64,000 bases of DNA from the NCBI GenBank assembly GCA_965645245.1, contig OZ287068.1, positions 2,604,001-2,668,000 on the forward strand, read 5' to 3'. Below the pieces are notes generated by a model. That model did no database searches. It was not told the origin of the DNA and was given only the letters and a program-made list of their open reading frames with translations. Positions within the stretch are counted from its first letter, which is position 1. Each line of letters starts with the position of its first letter. Of this stretch, positions 1-13,158 are shown piece after piece. Source of the stretch: Massalongia carnosa (lineage: Eukaryota). The position numbers were made by a program, and so were the translations under genes.

Positions 1-835
1 GGCTAGGCTTTTCAAAATAGTATCGCAAGGTCCCGGCTTCCCTTTTCTGATTGCAGTCAGGGGTCCATAGGCAGCCGTGGCAATTTTTTGGTTTGCGTTC
101 ATGAATGGAATGAGATCGCCATGTTGCAAATATGGGTGATACTCGATTTGATTAATGCTGGGAGGTATTGTAGCGGTTTTCAGCGTGGCTTCCAGGTGTG
201 GTTGTAAATAGTTTGACACTCCGATCGAACGCGCTTTGCCGGATTTCTTTACAACTTCCATCGCTGCCCAGGCGTTTTGGAGGTCGGCATCCGATTGAGC
301 ATAAAAGGGGGAATGGATGAGATATCTACTTGTAAATAATTAACTTGGACATGTTATGGCTGACTGAACCCAGAAAACCCTACAGATCCACGTAATCTAG
401 TTGCAATTTCTTTAAGCTGGCATCAATAGCACCCGGGATATTATTGATGTTCGTGATGACCTTGGTGGTCACAAAGAGCTTTTCACGTGCGACACCACTT
501 TCCTTAACAGCTACTCCCAGCTCCGATTCCGTGTTGTACACCTCGGCTCCATCAAGATGACGGTAACCAAGTTTTATGGCTGTTTTGATTGCTTCTACCG
601 TTGGTCTATCGATAGTATTGGTAGGGCTCTTAAACCAGGCTGTGCCAGCTGGGACATGGCATGAGATTCACCACATTTGACTATCATTGGTAAGCGACTA
701 CTCACTGCCATAGCCAATCTAGAGTACTTGGATCAGCAATAGTCAGTGTAACTAAGTGGAACGGTAACTGACGAGAGGTATTAAAGTACCATCGTTAAGC
801 TTTAACGATGGGATTTCGTTATGAAGATTTGCCAT
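1..835 (-). CDS. Aldo-keto reductase (5' part; gene runs off the window start)
   Basis: Manual minus-strand translation across introns: MANLHNEIPSLKLNDG...GTAWFK...AIKLGYRHLDGAEVYNTESELG...REKLFVTTKV. These carry the AKR Asp/Tyr/Lys catalytic motifs. Confidence 0.9.
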
Positions 836-1200
836 TCTAAACGTGCTGAGCCTTCGCCTAGGTGGAAAAGAAATCTTGCAGGATAGTACGACACAACTTC
901 GATTTATAAATGATGCTAGCAAAGTTCCCATTGCCCTCCACGGGTCAGATTGGGGTTTTAAGAAGTTGCAGTTGCACTTGCGCTTGCATGCACTAGAGTT
1001 CCGCTGCTGCCGGGGACAACAAAGGGCCTACTCGTCGTAGTACTCTGTACTTAAGGATGATGTAATGACACTTAATGATGACGAATATGAATTGTCAATA
1101 GGCAATATTTCTTATGCGGTGAGCGATGAGCGTTATGAGCAATTTATGTTGCCATTCAGCACTAAGTTGTTTGATAGCCTTCGTGACGCTTGTTTCGTAC

Positions 1201-3390
1201 ATGCTTCTTCGAGGCCTACCAACTCGTCCACAAAGCATCTCTTCGCGGATCGCCCAAATGACCGCCCATCTCTCGCAGGGAACCTTGAGTGCTCCCCCAC
1301 AGTGCGCCGGCAACGGCGCCCTCATCCGAATGACACTTAAGGATATTCCGAAATCAAATGACTTTACTTCGTCTCTCCCCCCAGACCCTCAATTCAAAAC
1401 TCCGCGCGACTCGTTCAAGGCACCAAGACAGGCCCTGGGGCCTCGGATGGTCAAGGGAGCTTTGTACACTTATGTCAAACCGGAAGAGACGGAGAATCCA
1501 GAGCTGCTAGGTATTAGTCACAACGCCATGAGAGACCTTGGTTTGAAGGAGGGCGACGAGGAGACGCAGGAGTTCAAAGATTTGGTGGCGGGAAATAAAA
1601 TTTGGTGGGACAATGAAACGGAAACGGGTATATATCCATGGGCACAGTGTTACGGAGGTATTCACATTAGAGGGAAAGATCACGTCTAAAGTGAGGCTGA
1701 TGTATCTGTTCAGGTTGGCAGTTGTACGACATCTTCAATGAGTATTCAGACACGGATTTCCATTAATACGTTACTAGCGGCTCATGGGCTGGCCAGCTGG
1801 GCGATGGTGTAGGTGTCTACTACTATAACCATCGAAACTTGACTAAAAGTGTCTTCAGCGGGCAATTTCTTTATTCGAAATCACAAACCCAGCTACCAGT
1901 ATTCGCTACGAGCTCCAACTCAAAGGCGCCGGCAGAACTCCTTATTCTCGTTTCGCAGACGGGAAAGCCGTTCTCCGCTCAAGCATCAGAGAATTTGTCG
2001 TCTCAGAAGGTTATTCGCCCCTTTTTCTTCATTGACCCTAATCCTAACCAAAAAGCAAATTGATTAACACCTTGAAGCCCTTAACGCTCTTCATATACCT
2101 TCAACTAGAGCTCTAGCACTTACTCTATGCCCAAAGTCCATTGTTCGTCGGGAACGACTCGAACCTGGAGCTATCGTTGCTCGTTTCGCCCAATCCTGGC
2201 TCCGTATAGGTACATTCGACATCCTCCGCGCTCGTGGTGATCGAGCATTGATCCGCACGCTCGCTACATATACGGCTGAGCATGTCTTTCCGGGTTGGTC
2301 ATCGTTGCCAGCTCAGCTTGATCCTTCTCAACTAATCGACTCAACCGCTGTTAAACCCTCCCGATCAGTCCCTGCCTCCACAATCCAGGGCTCTGCAAAC
2401 CTTGCAGAAAACCGTTTCACCCGTCTTTACCGTGAAATTGTCCGACGGAACGCTATAACTGTTGCACATTGGCAAGCATATGCCTTCACCAACGGTGTGT
2501 TGAACACCGATAATACCTCTCTCCTCGGTCTTTCACTTGACTTTGGCCCATTTTCCTTTGTCGACAATTTTGACCCGTCGTACACCCCCAATCACGACGA
2601 CCACGCGCTGCGCTACTGCTACAAAAACCAACCATCCATCATATGGTGGAACCTTGTACGTCTAGGCGAATCCTTGGGCGAACTTATAGGCGCAGGCCCT
2701 TCCGTTGATGACGAGTCTTTCATCACCAAGGGTGTATCCGAAGACTTTGCCCCCGAACTAATAGAACGCGCCGAAACGATTATTCCTCGCGTTGGCGATG
2801 AATACCGAACCGTTTTCCGGGGCGAGTATACCCGCCTCATGCGTGCTCGACTTGGCCTTGTTTCGGAACAGGAAACCGACTTCACCATTCTGTTTTCGGA
2901 ACTACTTGATACCCTCGAAGCGCTGGAACTGGACTTTAACCACTTCTTCCGCCGCCTCTCATCGGTAAAACTTACAGATCTAGAAACGGACTCCCAGCGG
3001 CAAGATACTGCCTCTATTTTCTTCCACGCCGAAGGGATCACTGCTACCAATGTCACCGAGACCGAAGCCCGAACTCGTATAGCAGCCTGGTTGCTCGCAT
3101 GGCGCGACCGCGTTGCTGCGGATTGGTCATCTCGCGGCGGTTCGGCTGATGCGGAAAGAGAAATCGCGATGAAGCGCGCGAACCCAAAATTCATTCCCCG
3201 GTCCTGGGTGCTGGATGAGGTCATTCAGCGGGTTGAGAGGGGCGGCGAGAGAGACGTGCTGGCGAGGGTGATGGCCATGGCGGAGAATCCTTTCGCGGAG
3301 GAGTGGGGTGGGGATTCAGCGGAGGAGCAGCGGTGGTGTGGAGATGTGCCAGGGAAGGGGAGGGGGTTGATGTGTAGTTGCAGTAGCTAG
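1201..3390 (+). CDS. FMP40: Protein adenylyltransferase SelO/Fmp40 (UPF0061), probably mitochondrial
   Basis: Spliced motifs [59 protein letters not shown] and C-terminal CSCSS. Includes a 10-nt micro-exon at 1714-1723. The start codon was chosen for its Arg/Ser-rich presequence and is uncertain. Confidence 0.93.
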
Positions 3391-3400
3391 ATACCAATAC

Positions 3401-3464
3401 TCGTGCCATGCACTTTCACTCGCTCGACTCGCTTAAATCGACCGAGCGAAAGTGCGTGGCACGA
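3401..3464. repeat. Imperfect inverted repeat (hairpin) just downstream of the SelO stop codon
   Basis: tcgtgccatgcactttc(actc)gctcg pairs with cgagcgaaagtgcgtggcacga. Confidence 0.8.
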
Positions 3465-4122
3465 ATAGGAGTGCGAAGGTAAGAAAATGTTTGTAGAGGA
3501 CGACGCAAGTAGAAAATATCAAGGATTTGAATGGGAACTAATACCGGGACACCCCTTTTCACTACCTTGACACCCCTCATTCTCTAGGTTAACACTCTTA
3601 ACTTCAACCCTGTTGCCATACTCCCTTGGTTTACCCATGAGTATTTTGACGCACTGTACTCGATTCTCTTCTCTTCTCTTCTCTTACAGTATTATATTAT
3701 CTCCTACCCTCGCTCATCCCCCCCTCTGCTTTTCGCTTGTCATTCTCTCACTTCCCGTAAAATCATTTGTCATCCCAAACCTTTAAAATTCATTGTGATG
3801 ATTCAATCACTTGATTATGGAAAATTGATATTGAAAGCAGAGTGTTTCTGCAGAGATGGCGTCATTGCATTGTGTATCACACTGCCGCTTACGAGCGTGA
3901 ATACCTGCTGCATGATTGTTGATGAACTCTAGCGACTGCAGGTTGCAAATCAAAGAATGGATTAACAATCATTTCAAGTTGTCTTTCCAGTCTAGAGAAA
4001 ACCCCATAAAGCCTTCTCTCGGGCTTCTTTTATTTCAACGGCCTCTGCAAAACAAAAAAAGTCTCTAGATTTCTGAATCACCTCAAAGTACAAACCATCA
4101 GGAGATCTTAGTTACTGCAAAA

Positions 4123-5388
4123 ATGTCCACCCTTTTCTCCCCTATCCAAGTGGGCCCGGCGTCCCTTTCTCATCGCATAGTCATGGCGCCACTAACCCGC
4201 TTTCGCGCCTCCGCGGCTCACGTCCACGGTCCTCTGGCAGCGGAATACTACGCCCAACGGGCCTCTGCTCCTGGCACGCTGCTCATCACCGAAGCGACCT
4301 TCATCTCCCCTCACGCCTCAGGCTATAGCCACGTCCCAGGAATCTACAACGAGGCGCAGATTTTCGGGTGGAAGGCCGTCACCGACGCCGTCCATGTGCG
4401 AGGCAGCTTCATATTCTGCCAGCTATGGGCGCTGGGTCGCACCGCGGATAAGGAGATAGTGAGACAGGAGGCAGGCGAGGAATGGTTCGCAAGTAGTAGC
4501 GCGGTGGCTCTGGAAGGCGGTGAAGTGCCGCGGCAGTTGACGGAGGAGCAGATTTGGGCGTTGGTGGGCGATTATGTGCAGGCGGGGAAGAATGCAATAG
4601 AGGCCGGGTTTGATGGGGTTGAGATTCATGGGGCAAATGCAAGTGTCATCTCCCTTTCTTGACTGGAAAAGCTGGCCGTAGAGTTTAGAATGAGACTCGG
4701 CTGACAGTTCAACAGGGCTATCTAATTGATCAATTCACCCAAGACGTGGTCAATAGGAGAACCGGTATAAAACCCTACTCCCTATCAACTAAACTGATAG
4801 TACATTATGCTGAAAATCTACCCATGAGATTCCTGGGGCGGTAGCATCCCCTCCCGCTCCCGCTTCGCCCTCGAGGTCGTCCACGCTGTCTCCGCCGCCC
4901 TCGGCCCGTCCCGTGTCGCCATCCGCCTAAGTCCCTTCAGCACCTTCCAATCGATGAAAATGGCCAACCCAGTCCCACAGTTCAGCTACCTCATCAAAGC
5001 TATCGCGCCGCTCGGCCTGGCATACGTGCACTTGGTCGAGTCCCGCATTAGCGGCAACGCCGAAGTCGAAGCCACGGAGAAGGTTGATTTCGCACTCGAC
5101 ATCCTCCATGGCGATAACGCGACGCCAGTGCTGCTAGCGGGCGGCTTCACGCCCGCAGCGGCGAAAAGGGCGGTCGAGGAGGAGTATCCGAGGCGCAAGC
5201 TGTTAATTGTGTTCGGCAGGTCGTTCATTTCGAATCCGGACTTGGTGTTTCGTATCAAACATGGAGTGGATCTGGCGAAGTATGATCGTTCAACCTTCTA
5301 TGCAAAGGAGTCGCCGCGGGGCTATGTGGATTATCCGGTCAGCGAGGATTATGAGCGGGAGAAGAAGGCGGGCGGAGAAAAACTATAA
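4123..5388 (+). CDS. Old Yellow Enzyme family NADH:flavin oxidoreductase
   Basis: Motifs MAPLTRFR, YYAQRA, GTLLITEATFIS, GFDGVEIHGANGYLIDQF (after splicing), FGRSFISNPDL and GYVDYP. Introns inferred at 4639-4715 and 4765-4828. Confidence 0.93.
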
Positions 5389-6778
5389 GAGTGGAGCATT
5401 TATGACACATGTGTAGGGCGCATACAGATTCAGGGGTGTTTAATGCATTGGGCGGGAACTATAGCATTACGGCATACAGACGTAGATAGAAGACTGGGTT
5501 TTAGATGATTTATGAGGGCGCTCTGCCTGAGGAGTTACCTACGTTTCGATCACGGCTCGAAGCAGGACGAGACCAAGAGCGTTTGGTAGTGATAGCACAG
5601 CAGGCAAGGGCGTTTCACTCTTGTAGTAAAGAATGGGCTTGGGTCGCGGGTCTGCTCTCCTTTTTTCCCTTTTGCCAACTCGCTCTCATTGGCACCGAGT
5701 TCTTTTTGATGTTATCTCAGCCCAGCTTTCATAAGAACTGTTGGGAGATTCATTGCTTCGAATGAGCAGAGTTTTTTAGTCAGCAGCTGACCATCCGTTG
5801 AAATTTCCACGGATCCCATTCCTCTCACAGATACCTAAATCAACGGGGAATGGAAGCTAAGAATGCCAAATGTAAGCGTTTGGGATAGGTGCTGGATGGA
5901 AGCTTTGAGCCACATGGAGAGATATGTTTGCAGGAAGCCGATGCTGACGGGCGACCTCGGCTTCAGGGGGAGAGCGCGCAATTGAGGCAGGAGTGACGTT
6001 GAGTATGCCGTCGGCCGCATGCTGCCTCACCCAGAAGACCATCACGACACACTCAGGGTGGTAGGGAGTCGGCGCCTGCATCAGGCAACTGCTTCGATAC
6101 CGAACGAAAAGGTGAAACCAAACGCTAATACGGGTTTTTTTCGTTCTTTACCTTCTTTACCAGGTGAAGTAAGTCCATCAATCTAGGCTGCTTCATGTGG
6201 TAACACTGTTCACACTGTCACACGGGTTACACGCATCGCTGCGGATTCCCGTACTCTCTCTCCAAGCAAGTCCTTTCCCCTGACGTTCTATATCTAAGTG
6301 CTATACCAATCGTTGGTTCCAAACACAATCTGTAGTCGTGTCATACCGCTCAAAGAAAGGGATTTTTGGGTTTCATCAGCCTCGATCGGGAGATTAGGGC
6401 ATTGTGCCCATGACCCACAAAGGAATCCGAAGGAATCGCGTACATGAAAAAGACATTACAACCCTCGCCAACACTTGCCCCCATTTCGTCTTAGTTATAT
6501 TCATACATTCACTTCGACGCCCTTTCGTTTCTTCCTCCTCCACTTCCACTTTCACTTTCACTTCCTCTTCCTCTTCCTCTCCCTCTTCCACTTCCACTAC
6601 CATCTGTCTTCCACCTGTATCCCACCACAGCTTTCTTGTACACTCCCCTCGTTTACAGCGTACAACAAAGCCCATCCACTCGTTTCACAGCAAGAGTCTT
6701 GTCACTCCCACTTTCGTTCGTCCCTTTCCTTCAGAGACTTCTCACTCTTTCAAAAAACCATAAAATCGAAACTCCAAA

Positions 6779-8078
6779 ATGCATTTCTCAATGGCCCTTC
6801 TCATGTTGGGTGCTGCTGCGCTCATCTCACCCGTGGCAGCGACCATCGTGTTCGAAACCGAGATCGTGCATGTAAGCGTTATCGAGACCGTCGTGGACTG
6901 GGTGACATCCTCTCATCCAGCTGCAATTGCTTCCTCAGCCCCGGATGTCTATCAAGTCGACTTATCCACTTTCCGTCGTCACCGTCATCACACACCGAAG
7001 CAGGGTTCTCCAGGAGCTGCCACCCTGACCCCAATCATGCCAACTTCAAGTCCTGAGATTGTTCCAATCGTGAAGGTAGCTGTGTCTAGCTCCTCCGAAG
7101 CTGAGACATTCAAGACCGAGCCATTGACTTCCATGTTGACATCGACCTTGGCTTCTTCGGCAACTTCTACAACGGCCCACTCCTCGACCTCGAGCCTTGA
7201 TTCCTCATTAATTTCAAGCTCGGCTTCGTCAACAATCTCGAGCTTAACTTCATCATCCTCTGCCCAGCTTACCACTGAGTCAGCTTCGTCAAAGAGTGCC
7301 ACTCCAGTCATTGAGAAATCTTTGACCACGGCGATTTCCGATCTTGGGGTTCAGCCACCCGCTACTTTCGTTCCCGACCTTGACACCACGAGCCCTACGT
7401 ACAAAGCGTTAGTTCTTCAACATCACAACCTTCATCGGCGAAATCACTCCGCCAGCGATCTAACATGGGACAACACGATGGCCGAGTACGCTGAAACTAC
7501 CGCCAAGACATGCATCTGGGGCCATAGTCTGTAAGTTGAGCTCCAGAGCTCAACACATTATTTTATGCTGACACCTTCTAGTGCGCCAGGTGGCGGTGGT
7601 TATGGTCAGAACATTGCTGCTGGGTTCCCGGTTGGAAACATCTCCGCCATTCTGAGCAATAGCTTTTATAACAACGAGTTGCCCAAATATCCTCAATTCG
7701 GCACTGACACTCCAGACATGACAAACTTCGAGGAATGGGGCCATTTCTCCCAATTTGTCTGGAAGACCACCATATCAGTTGGCTGTTATACAGCAATCTG
7801 CTCTCCTCCAGGTGCAGACACTCTGGCTTGTGGCCCTGATGGCAAGTCCTACCTAAGTGGTCTCAGCTGTGGCAATGGCGGTATACCAGCAATATTCACA
7901 GTTTGCAACTACCATCCTCCTGGTGAGCAATGACCCACGTTTGTTCATATGAGCCGAAAAGAACAAGCAAGCTGACCTAGAGAATGCAGGGAATTGGGCG
8001 GGCGAGTACACCAACGTCCATGCTCCAGAAGACCAGCCTCATATCTATGTGGATGGGGATGGCACTCAAGGCCTTTAA
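6779..8078 (+). CDS. Secreted CAP/SCP (PR-1/Pry-like) protein with Ser/Thr-rich linker
   Basis: Signal-peptide-like N-terminus; HHNLHRRNHSASDLTWD, YGQNIAAG, GHFSQFVWK, SVGC and CNYHPPGN motifs; two introns. Confidence 0.9.
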
Positions 8079-8788
8079 ATCACTAGACTGCACCTCGCTT
8101 CCACGAGATGATAACTGGATCACCTTTTCGCCGTGTTTTCAGCAACAAGTCTACCCTCATCTCGTCAGCGCCTACTGGTGTGGACCCTGCGCATATGCGT
8201 GTCTAATCAGCCGTAGAATTTTCGCTTGCTGGATCTATTCGCTCGGGAGTTTTCCGCAGCCGATGCTGTTACGCGTATTTCTATTTTCTTGTGTGGTTGG
8301 TTCTAGCTAACCAAACTCTTTTGCATCTAGCTTTTGTTTACGAATGCAGGGAGGGCGGTATAGGACGGTCATACATTGTTTAAGGGGAGTGATTGGGTGA
8401 CTGGTTCTAGCTAGCTGTTCGCTCTGCATGTTTGCATTGAGCTATATCAGAAAATTCAACTATGTTCAATATGTGTTTCCTGTAAAGAATACCACTTTCC
8501 CTAGAGGTGGAGTGATGCTTGACGTTGCTCAAGCGGGATTGCCGATCGTCCCTCTGGGTCAGCCCTATTACTATCGTCCTCACCTGCCCCTCCCGTTGCA
8601 GCTAATCGCCTAGATACTCCTCGATTTCGTTCACGGGGCGTTTGACAAAATAAGAGTTCTAGGTGAATGCTCATATACATGATCTGTTCGGACTTTAAAA
8701 CGCTCTCTCTAAGGCTGTACCTCAAATTTTAACACTATGACAAGATCAGAGAACGATTGATCTAAGAGCTAATGTGCTTCTATTTGTA

Positions 8789-11274
8789 ATGACTCCTTCT
8801 CACGAATCCACAAGTAATGGCGACTCGTTACATCTGGTCAATCGGTTGTGTGAGAGTCGGAGTCCGTACGTAGGTCTCTCGCTTTTATGAATCGTTGAGG
8901 TCACGATGCTAAAAGCAATGCGCCAACAGGTTCGAAGCCACATGGATAATCCGGTGGCATGGCAAGTATGGGGCCCCGAAGTGATTGAACTTGCTCGGCG
9001 CTATAATCGCCTGCTCTTTATTAGCATTGGCTATGCAGCATGTCACTGTACGTTTAGGCCATGCTGTTGGCCCCTCCACGGGTTTAATTCGGGCTAATAT
9101 CGCAAAGGGTGTCATGTCATGGAACGTGAATCCTTTTCGTCTCCAGAAGTTGCAAATATACTTAATACCTCATTTATTCCCATCAAAATTGACCGCGAAG
9201 AACGTCCGGATATCGACGCCATATACATGAACTATGTACAAGCCACGACCGGCTCGGGGGGTTGGCCCCTAAATGTTTTCGTGACCCCTGATCTAGAGCC
9301 GGTTTTTGGTGGAACTTACTGGCCTGGTCCCAGTAATTCAATGACATCCGTGGGCGAAACGGTAGGGTTTATAGAGATACTAAAGAAGATGAAAACAGTA
9401 TGGGCACAGCAGGAAGGAAGATGCCGTGAGAGCGCGAAAGAAATCACGAGGCAGCTCCGCGAGTTCGCAGAAGAGGGCGTCCATAGCCATCAACTGGGAG
9501 AGAAGCACGAAGGTGATGGGCTGGAACTTGAGTTATTGGAAGAAGCATATCAGCATTTTGAGAGAAAGTACGACAAAGCTAACGGAGGATTTTCAAGTCC
9601 GCCGAAATTTGCACTTCCGGTGAATTTACGTTTTCTCTTGAGGCTCAGCCAAGGACCGGAGGCTGTTAAGCATATCGTTGGCGAAGATGAGTGCGCGAAT
9701 GCTGCAACAATGGCTATCAATACGCTTCGGATAATGGCAAGAGGGGGGATTAGGGATCAGATTGGCTATGGCTTTGCAAGGTATTCGGTAACGGCGGATT
9801 GGAGCCTACCACATTTTGAGAAGATGCTGTATGATCAGGCGCAATTGTTGGATGTCTATCTTGATGCTTTCTTAATTACCCAGGATTCAGAAATTCTCGA
9901 AGTCGTTTATGATATGGCAAATTATCTGACTAGTTCCCCAATCGTCGCTCCAGAAGGCGGATTTTACTGCGCGGAAGACGCGGACTCTTACCCTACAAAG
10001 ACCGATACCGAGAAACGGGAAGGAGCTTACTACGTGTGGACTATCAAAACCTTTCACACCGTCCTCGGGTACCGCAATGGCGACATATGCGCTCAGTTCT
10101 ACGGCGTCACGGCGGACGGTAACGTCGCTCGAGGGAACGATCCGCATGATGAATTCATCAGCCAGAATGTCCTCAGCATCAAGTCTACCCTGGGCGCGTT
10201 GGCTAAAGAACTCGGTATGGCCAAAGAAGAAATTGCTCAGATCCTAAGAGACGGCCGGAAAAAGCTTCTGGAATACCGAGAAAGGGAACGACCACGACCC
10301 GCTTTGGACGACAAGATCGTTGTTGCATGGAATGGATTGGCAATTGGGGCGTTGGCACGTACGAGCGCTGTGCTCGAAAGTACCGACGTTGCCAAAGCGA
10401 AAGAATGCCTTGCTGCAGCCGAGAAAGCAGTTGCCTTCATCCGGAAAGAACTCTTCGATGAAGATTCCGCAACATTGTGGCGCATCTATCGAGAAGGTCG
10501 CGGTGATGCCCCTGGGTTTTGCGATGACTATGCCTTCCTGATCCAAGGGCTGATTGATCTCTACGAGGTGACTTTCAACGACAACTACCTTGAATTCGCA
10601 GATATATTGCAAAGTGAGTTCTCCTTACTTCCCCTTCCATCCTATACACCACATAATATTCCTTCCCCCCTCCAGCCTCGCCAAATCATGACACCATCAA
10701 TTAACAACCCCCTTCGCAAGTAGAATCTCAACTCAACCGGTTCCTTCCTTCACCTCCTTCCTCCGGCTTCTTCACGACCCCTTCCCCCCTTCCTCCCCCC
10801 TCCCTCCTCCTCCGCCTAAAATCCGGCATGGATTCCACCGAGCCTTCACCCAACAACATCTCGGCCTCCAACTTGCACCGCCTCGCCGCGCTCTTGAGCG
10901 ACGCCGACTACGCCAAAGTCGCGGTGGCGACGGCGCAGGCTTTCGAGGCCGAGGTGGAGCAGTTCCCGTGGTGTTTTGTCGGCTTGCTGGATGCCGTTGT
11001 GTGGGAGAGGTGTGGGGGGGTAGGGGTCGTGGTTGTGGGGGAGGGAGGCCCCGCGGATGCCGATGGGGAAGGGGTGGTGCAACGTTTACGAAAGCAAGTC
11101 GGGGTAGGGAGAACGGTGGTGAAGCTTGGAGACGGCCTTGGGACTTGGTTGAGAGGGCGCAACCAACTGCTCAAAACCTTGGATCTGAACAGGGACAGTG
11201 TGTGGATCTGTCAGGGGGGCTCGTGTAGGGAGGGTTTGGACGTTTTTCAAGGAAGGGCGGGGGGAGCAGGATAG
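8789..11274 (+). CDS. SPATA20/SSP411 (YyaL-like) thioredoxin-domain protein
   Basis: Motifs NRL..SRSPY, HMDNPVAWQ, SIGYAACHWCHVMERESF (spliced), KIDREERPDID, GGWPLNVF, PHFEKMLYDQ, DDKIVVAWNG and DDYAFLIQGL. Confidence 0.92.
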
Positions 11275-11644
11275 GAGGTGAGCGGGTGAGACTTGGAAGG
11301 GTATAGCCGGGAAAAGGGGAATGTTAATCAGGGTGATGTTAATGGAAGGTTGGATTATATAGAAGGCAGGCCGATAGGACATAACGAAGTCACGACATGC
11401 GGTGCAGCCATGCAAGCGTCCCCCCTTTCCACTCCCCCCCACCTCCAATTCCTCCAATTCTATCTAATCCATCGCCCCATTCATGCAAGCCCAATCGATC
11501 CCCGCATCCGAAATGCAAATCGAGCATAGATACATACATACATACCCTTCCTTACCTATCTATCTATTGCAGCTCCCCCCTTCAAGCATGAAAAATCCAC
11601 TCCGCAATCCCCCATACCCATACCCAGCCAGCGACCGTTATGTG

Positions 11645-13158
11645 TTATGACCGCCCCGGCAGCGATTTCCGCGGCGCTTTCACAGCCGCAAACACTAGCG
11701 CGCACACGCCCAACATGCCCGCGCCACCGACCGCGTAGGCCACGTCGCGGCCCGCCCACCAGTACAACGTGCAGAAGAGGAGGGGGCCAAGCGAGCGGCC
11801 GATTTGTCCTGTTGGTTTGTGGAGTTTAGCTCCATGCGTTAAGAATTTTCAGGTGTGTGAAGGAAAAGTGGGAGACGAGAGAGAGAGAGAGAGAGGAGGC
11901 TAAAGAAGACTCACCCCAGCTGCGATGGTTGCCTAGTTTTCCTCCACGCTCCCCCTCCTCCGCTTCGAAGCTGCTCAGGCTGTTCAAGCCCGTCACGACC
12001 GTCGCGGTAGTGACGGCCAGCAAGCTCGCCGCAGCCCACAGGCCCCGCTCCGTGTTTAAGCGGCTGAGCAGGAAGAATGCCGCAGCGCAGGTGGAGACCC
12101 CGAGCTGGACGACGCGCAGGGGGTGCAGATGGCGGGTGACGGTAGCTTGGAGCAGAGAGGCGACGAGGCCGATGAAGCCGAGTAGCTTGCCGCTCTGCGA
12201 CGGCGTGTAAGCGAAGAGGTCGTAGGTGAGGAACGGGAAGGAGAATTCTAGCCCGCTGAAGAAGAGGATGAAGCTGAAGTGGGTGAGATTGAGGAGGAGG
12301 TGGGAGTTGGTGCGGACGTGCTGTCGGGTGGTGGGGGATGGGGACTGTTTGGAGGACTTGGCACGCGAGGCGGGCAGCGTTTCGGGGAGGTAGAGGTACA
12401 GGTAGATGGTCTCGGCCACGATGAGGAAGAGTGAGAACCCTGCGGCCGTAGCGAATGGGTTCGCCGCCACGGTCTCCACGTTCGCCAGCGCGGCGCCTAG
12501 CGCGGGGCCGAAGGTGAACGCGATCGAGAAGCACGCGCCCACCAGCGCCATCGTGGCCCCGCGCTGCTTCTCGTCGCTCAAGTCCGCCGCCATGGCCGTG
12601 GCGAGCTGCACATTACCCTCGCTCAGCCCGCCCACGATGCGGCTGGCGAGGAAGGTGCGAAAATCGGTCGCCGCGACCCACAAGGCCACCGAGGCGATGT
12701 TGCCGGCCATGGACCAGAGCAGCGCGGTTCGGCGGCCATGGCGATCGCTCAGAGAACCGATGATCGGGGATGCGATGGCTTGCAGGAGGGAGAATAGCGA
12801 GCCGAGGGCGCCGCCGAGGAGGACGATGTCATAGCGAGAGCTTATGGGCCGGGAGAAGGCGTGCTTGTAGGCGTTCAAGGCGCTGAAGATGCGTGTTAAC
12901 AGCGTCTGGGGGGAGGAGGGGGATTGTGGGCTAGGTTCGAGGTTGCGATAGAATTCGAGGAGTTTGGGGAAGAGGGGGAGGATGAAGGTGAAGGAGATCT
13001 GCGGTTTGGATCTTTGGTCAGCGGTTTGTTGTTGGAGGGAATTGTTTCTTTGGGAGGGGAGCTGAGAGAGTGGGGTTGACCAGATCTAGGAGCAGGGAGA
13101 TGAATATCACTCGTAGGATCTGCTTCCGCTTTTCTGGGGACACGCGCGTTGCAGCCAT
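11645..13158 (-). CDS. MFS transporter (MFSD10/tetracycline-resistance-like)
   Basis: MFS motif A (GSLSDRHGRR), SRIVGGLSEGNVQLA, AFTFGPALG and multiple hydrophobic helices. Start MAATRV..ISLLLDL; terminal exon GQIGRSLGP...*. Confidence 0.88.

Noticed and set aside
789..811. Perfect 10-bp inverted repeat ccatcgttaa/ttaacgatgg
   Set aside because: Short and inside AKR coding sequence; compatible with chance.
3373..3464. Selenocysteine/SECIS interpretation of SelO
   Set aside because: The C-terminus is encoded TGT AGT TGC AGT AGC TAG with no in-frame TGA, and the hairpin lacks an evident SECIS core.
6404..7056. ORFs with FHFHF/SSSS runs upstream of the CAP gene
   Set aside because: Products of a pyrimidine-rich low-complexity tract, probably 5' UTR.
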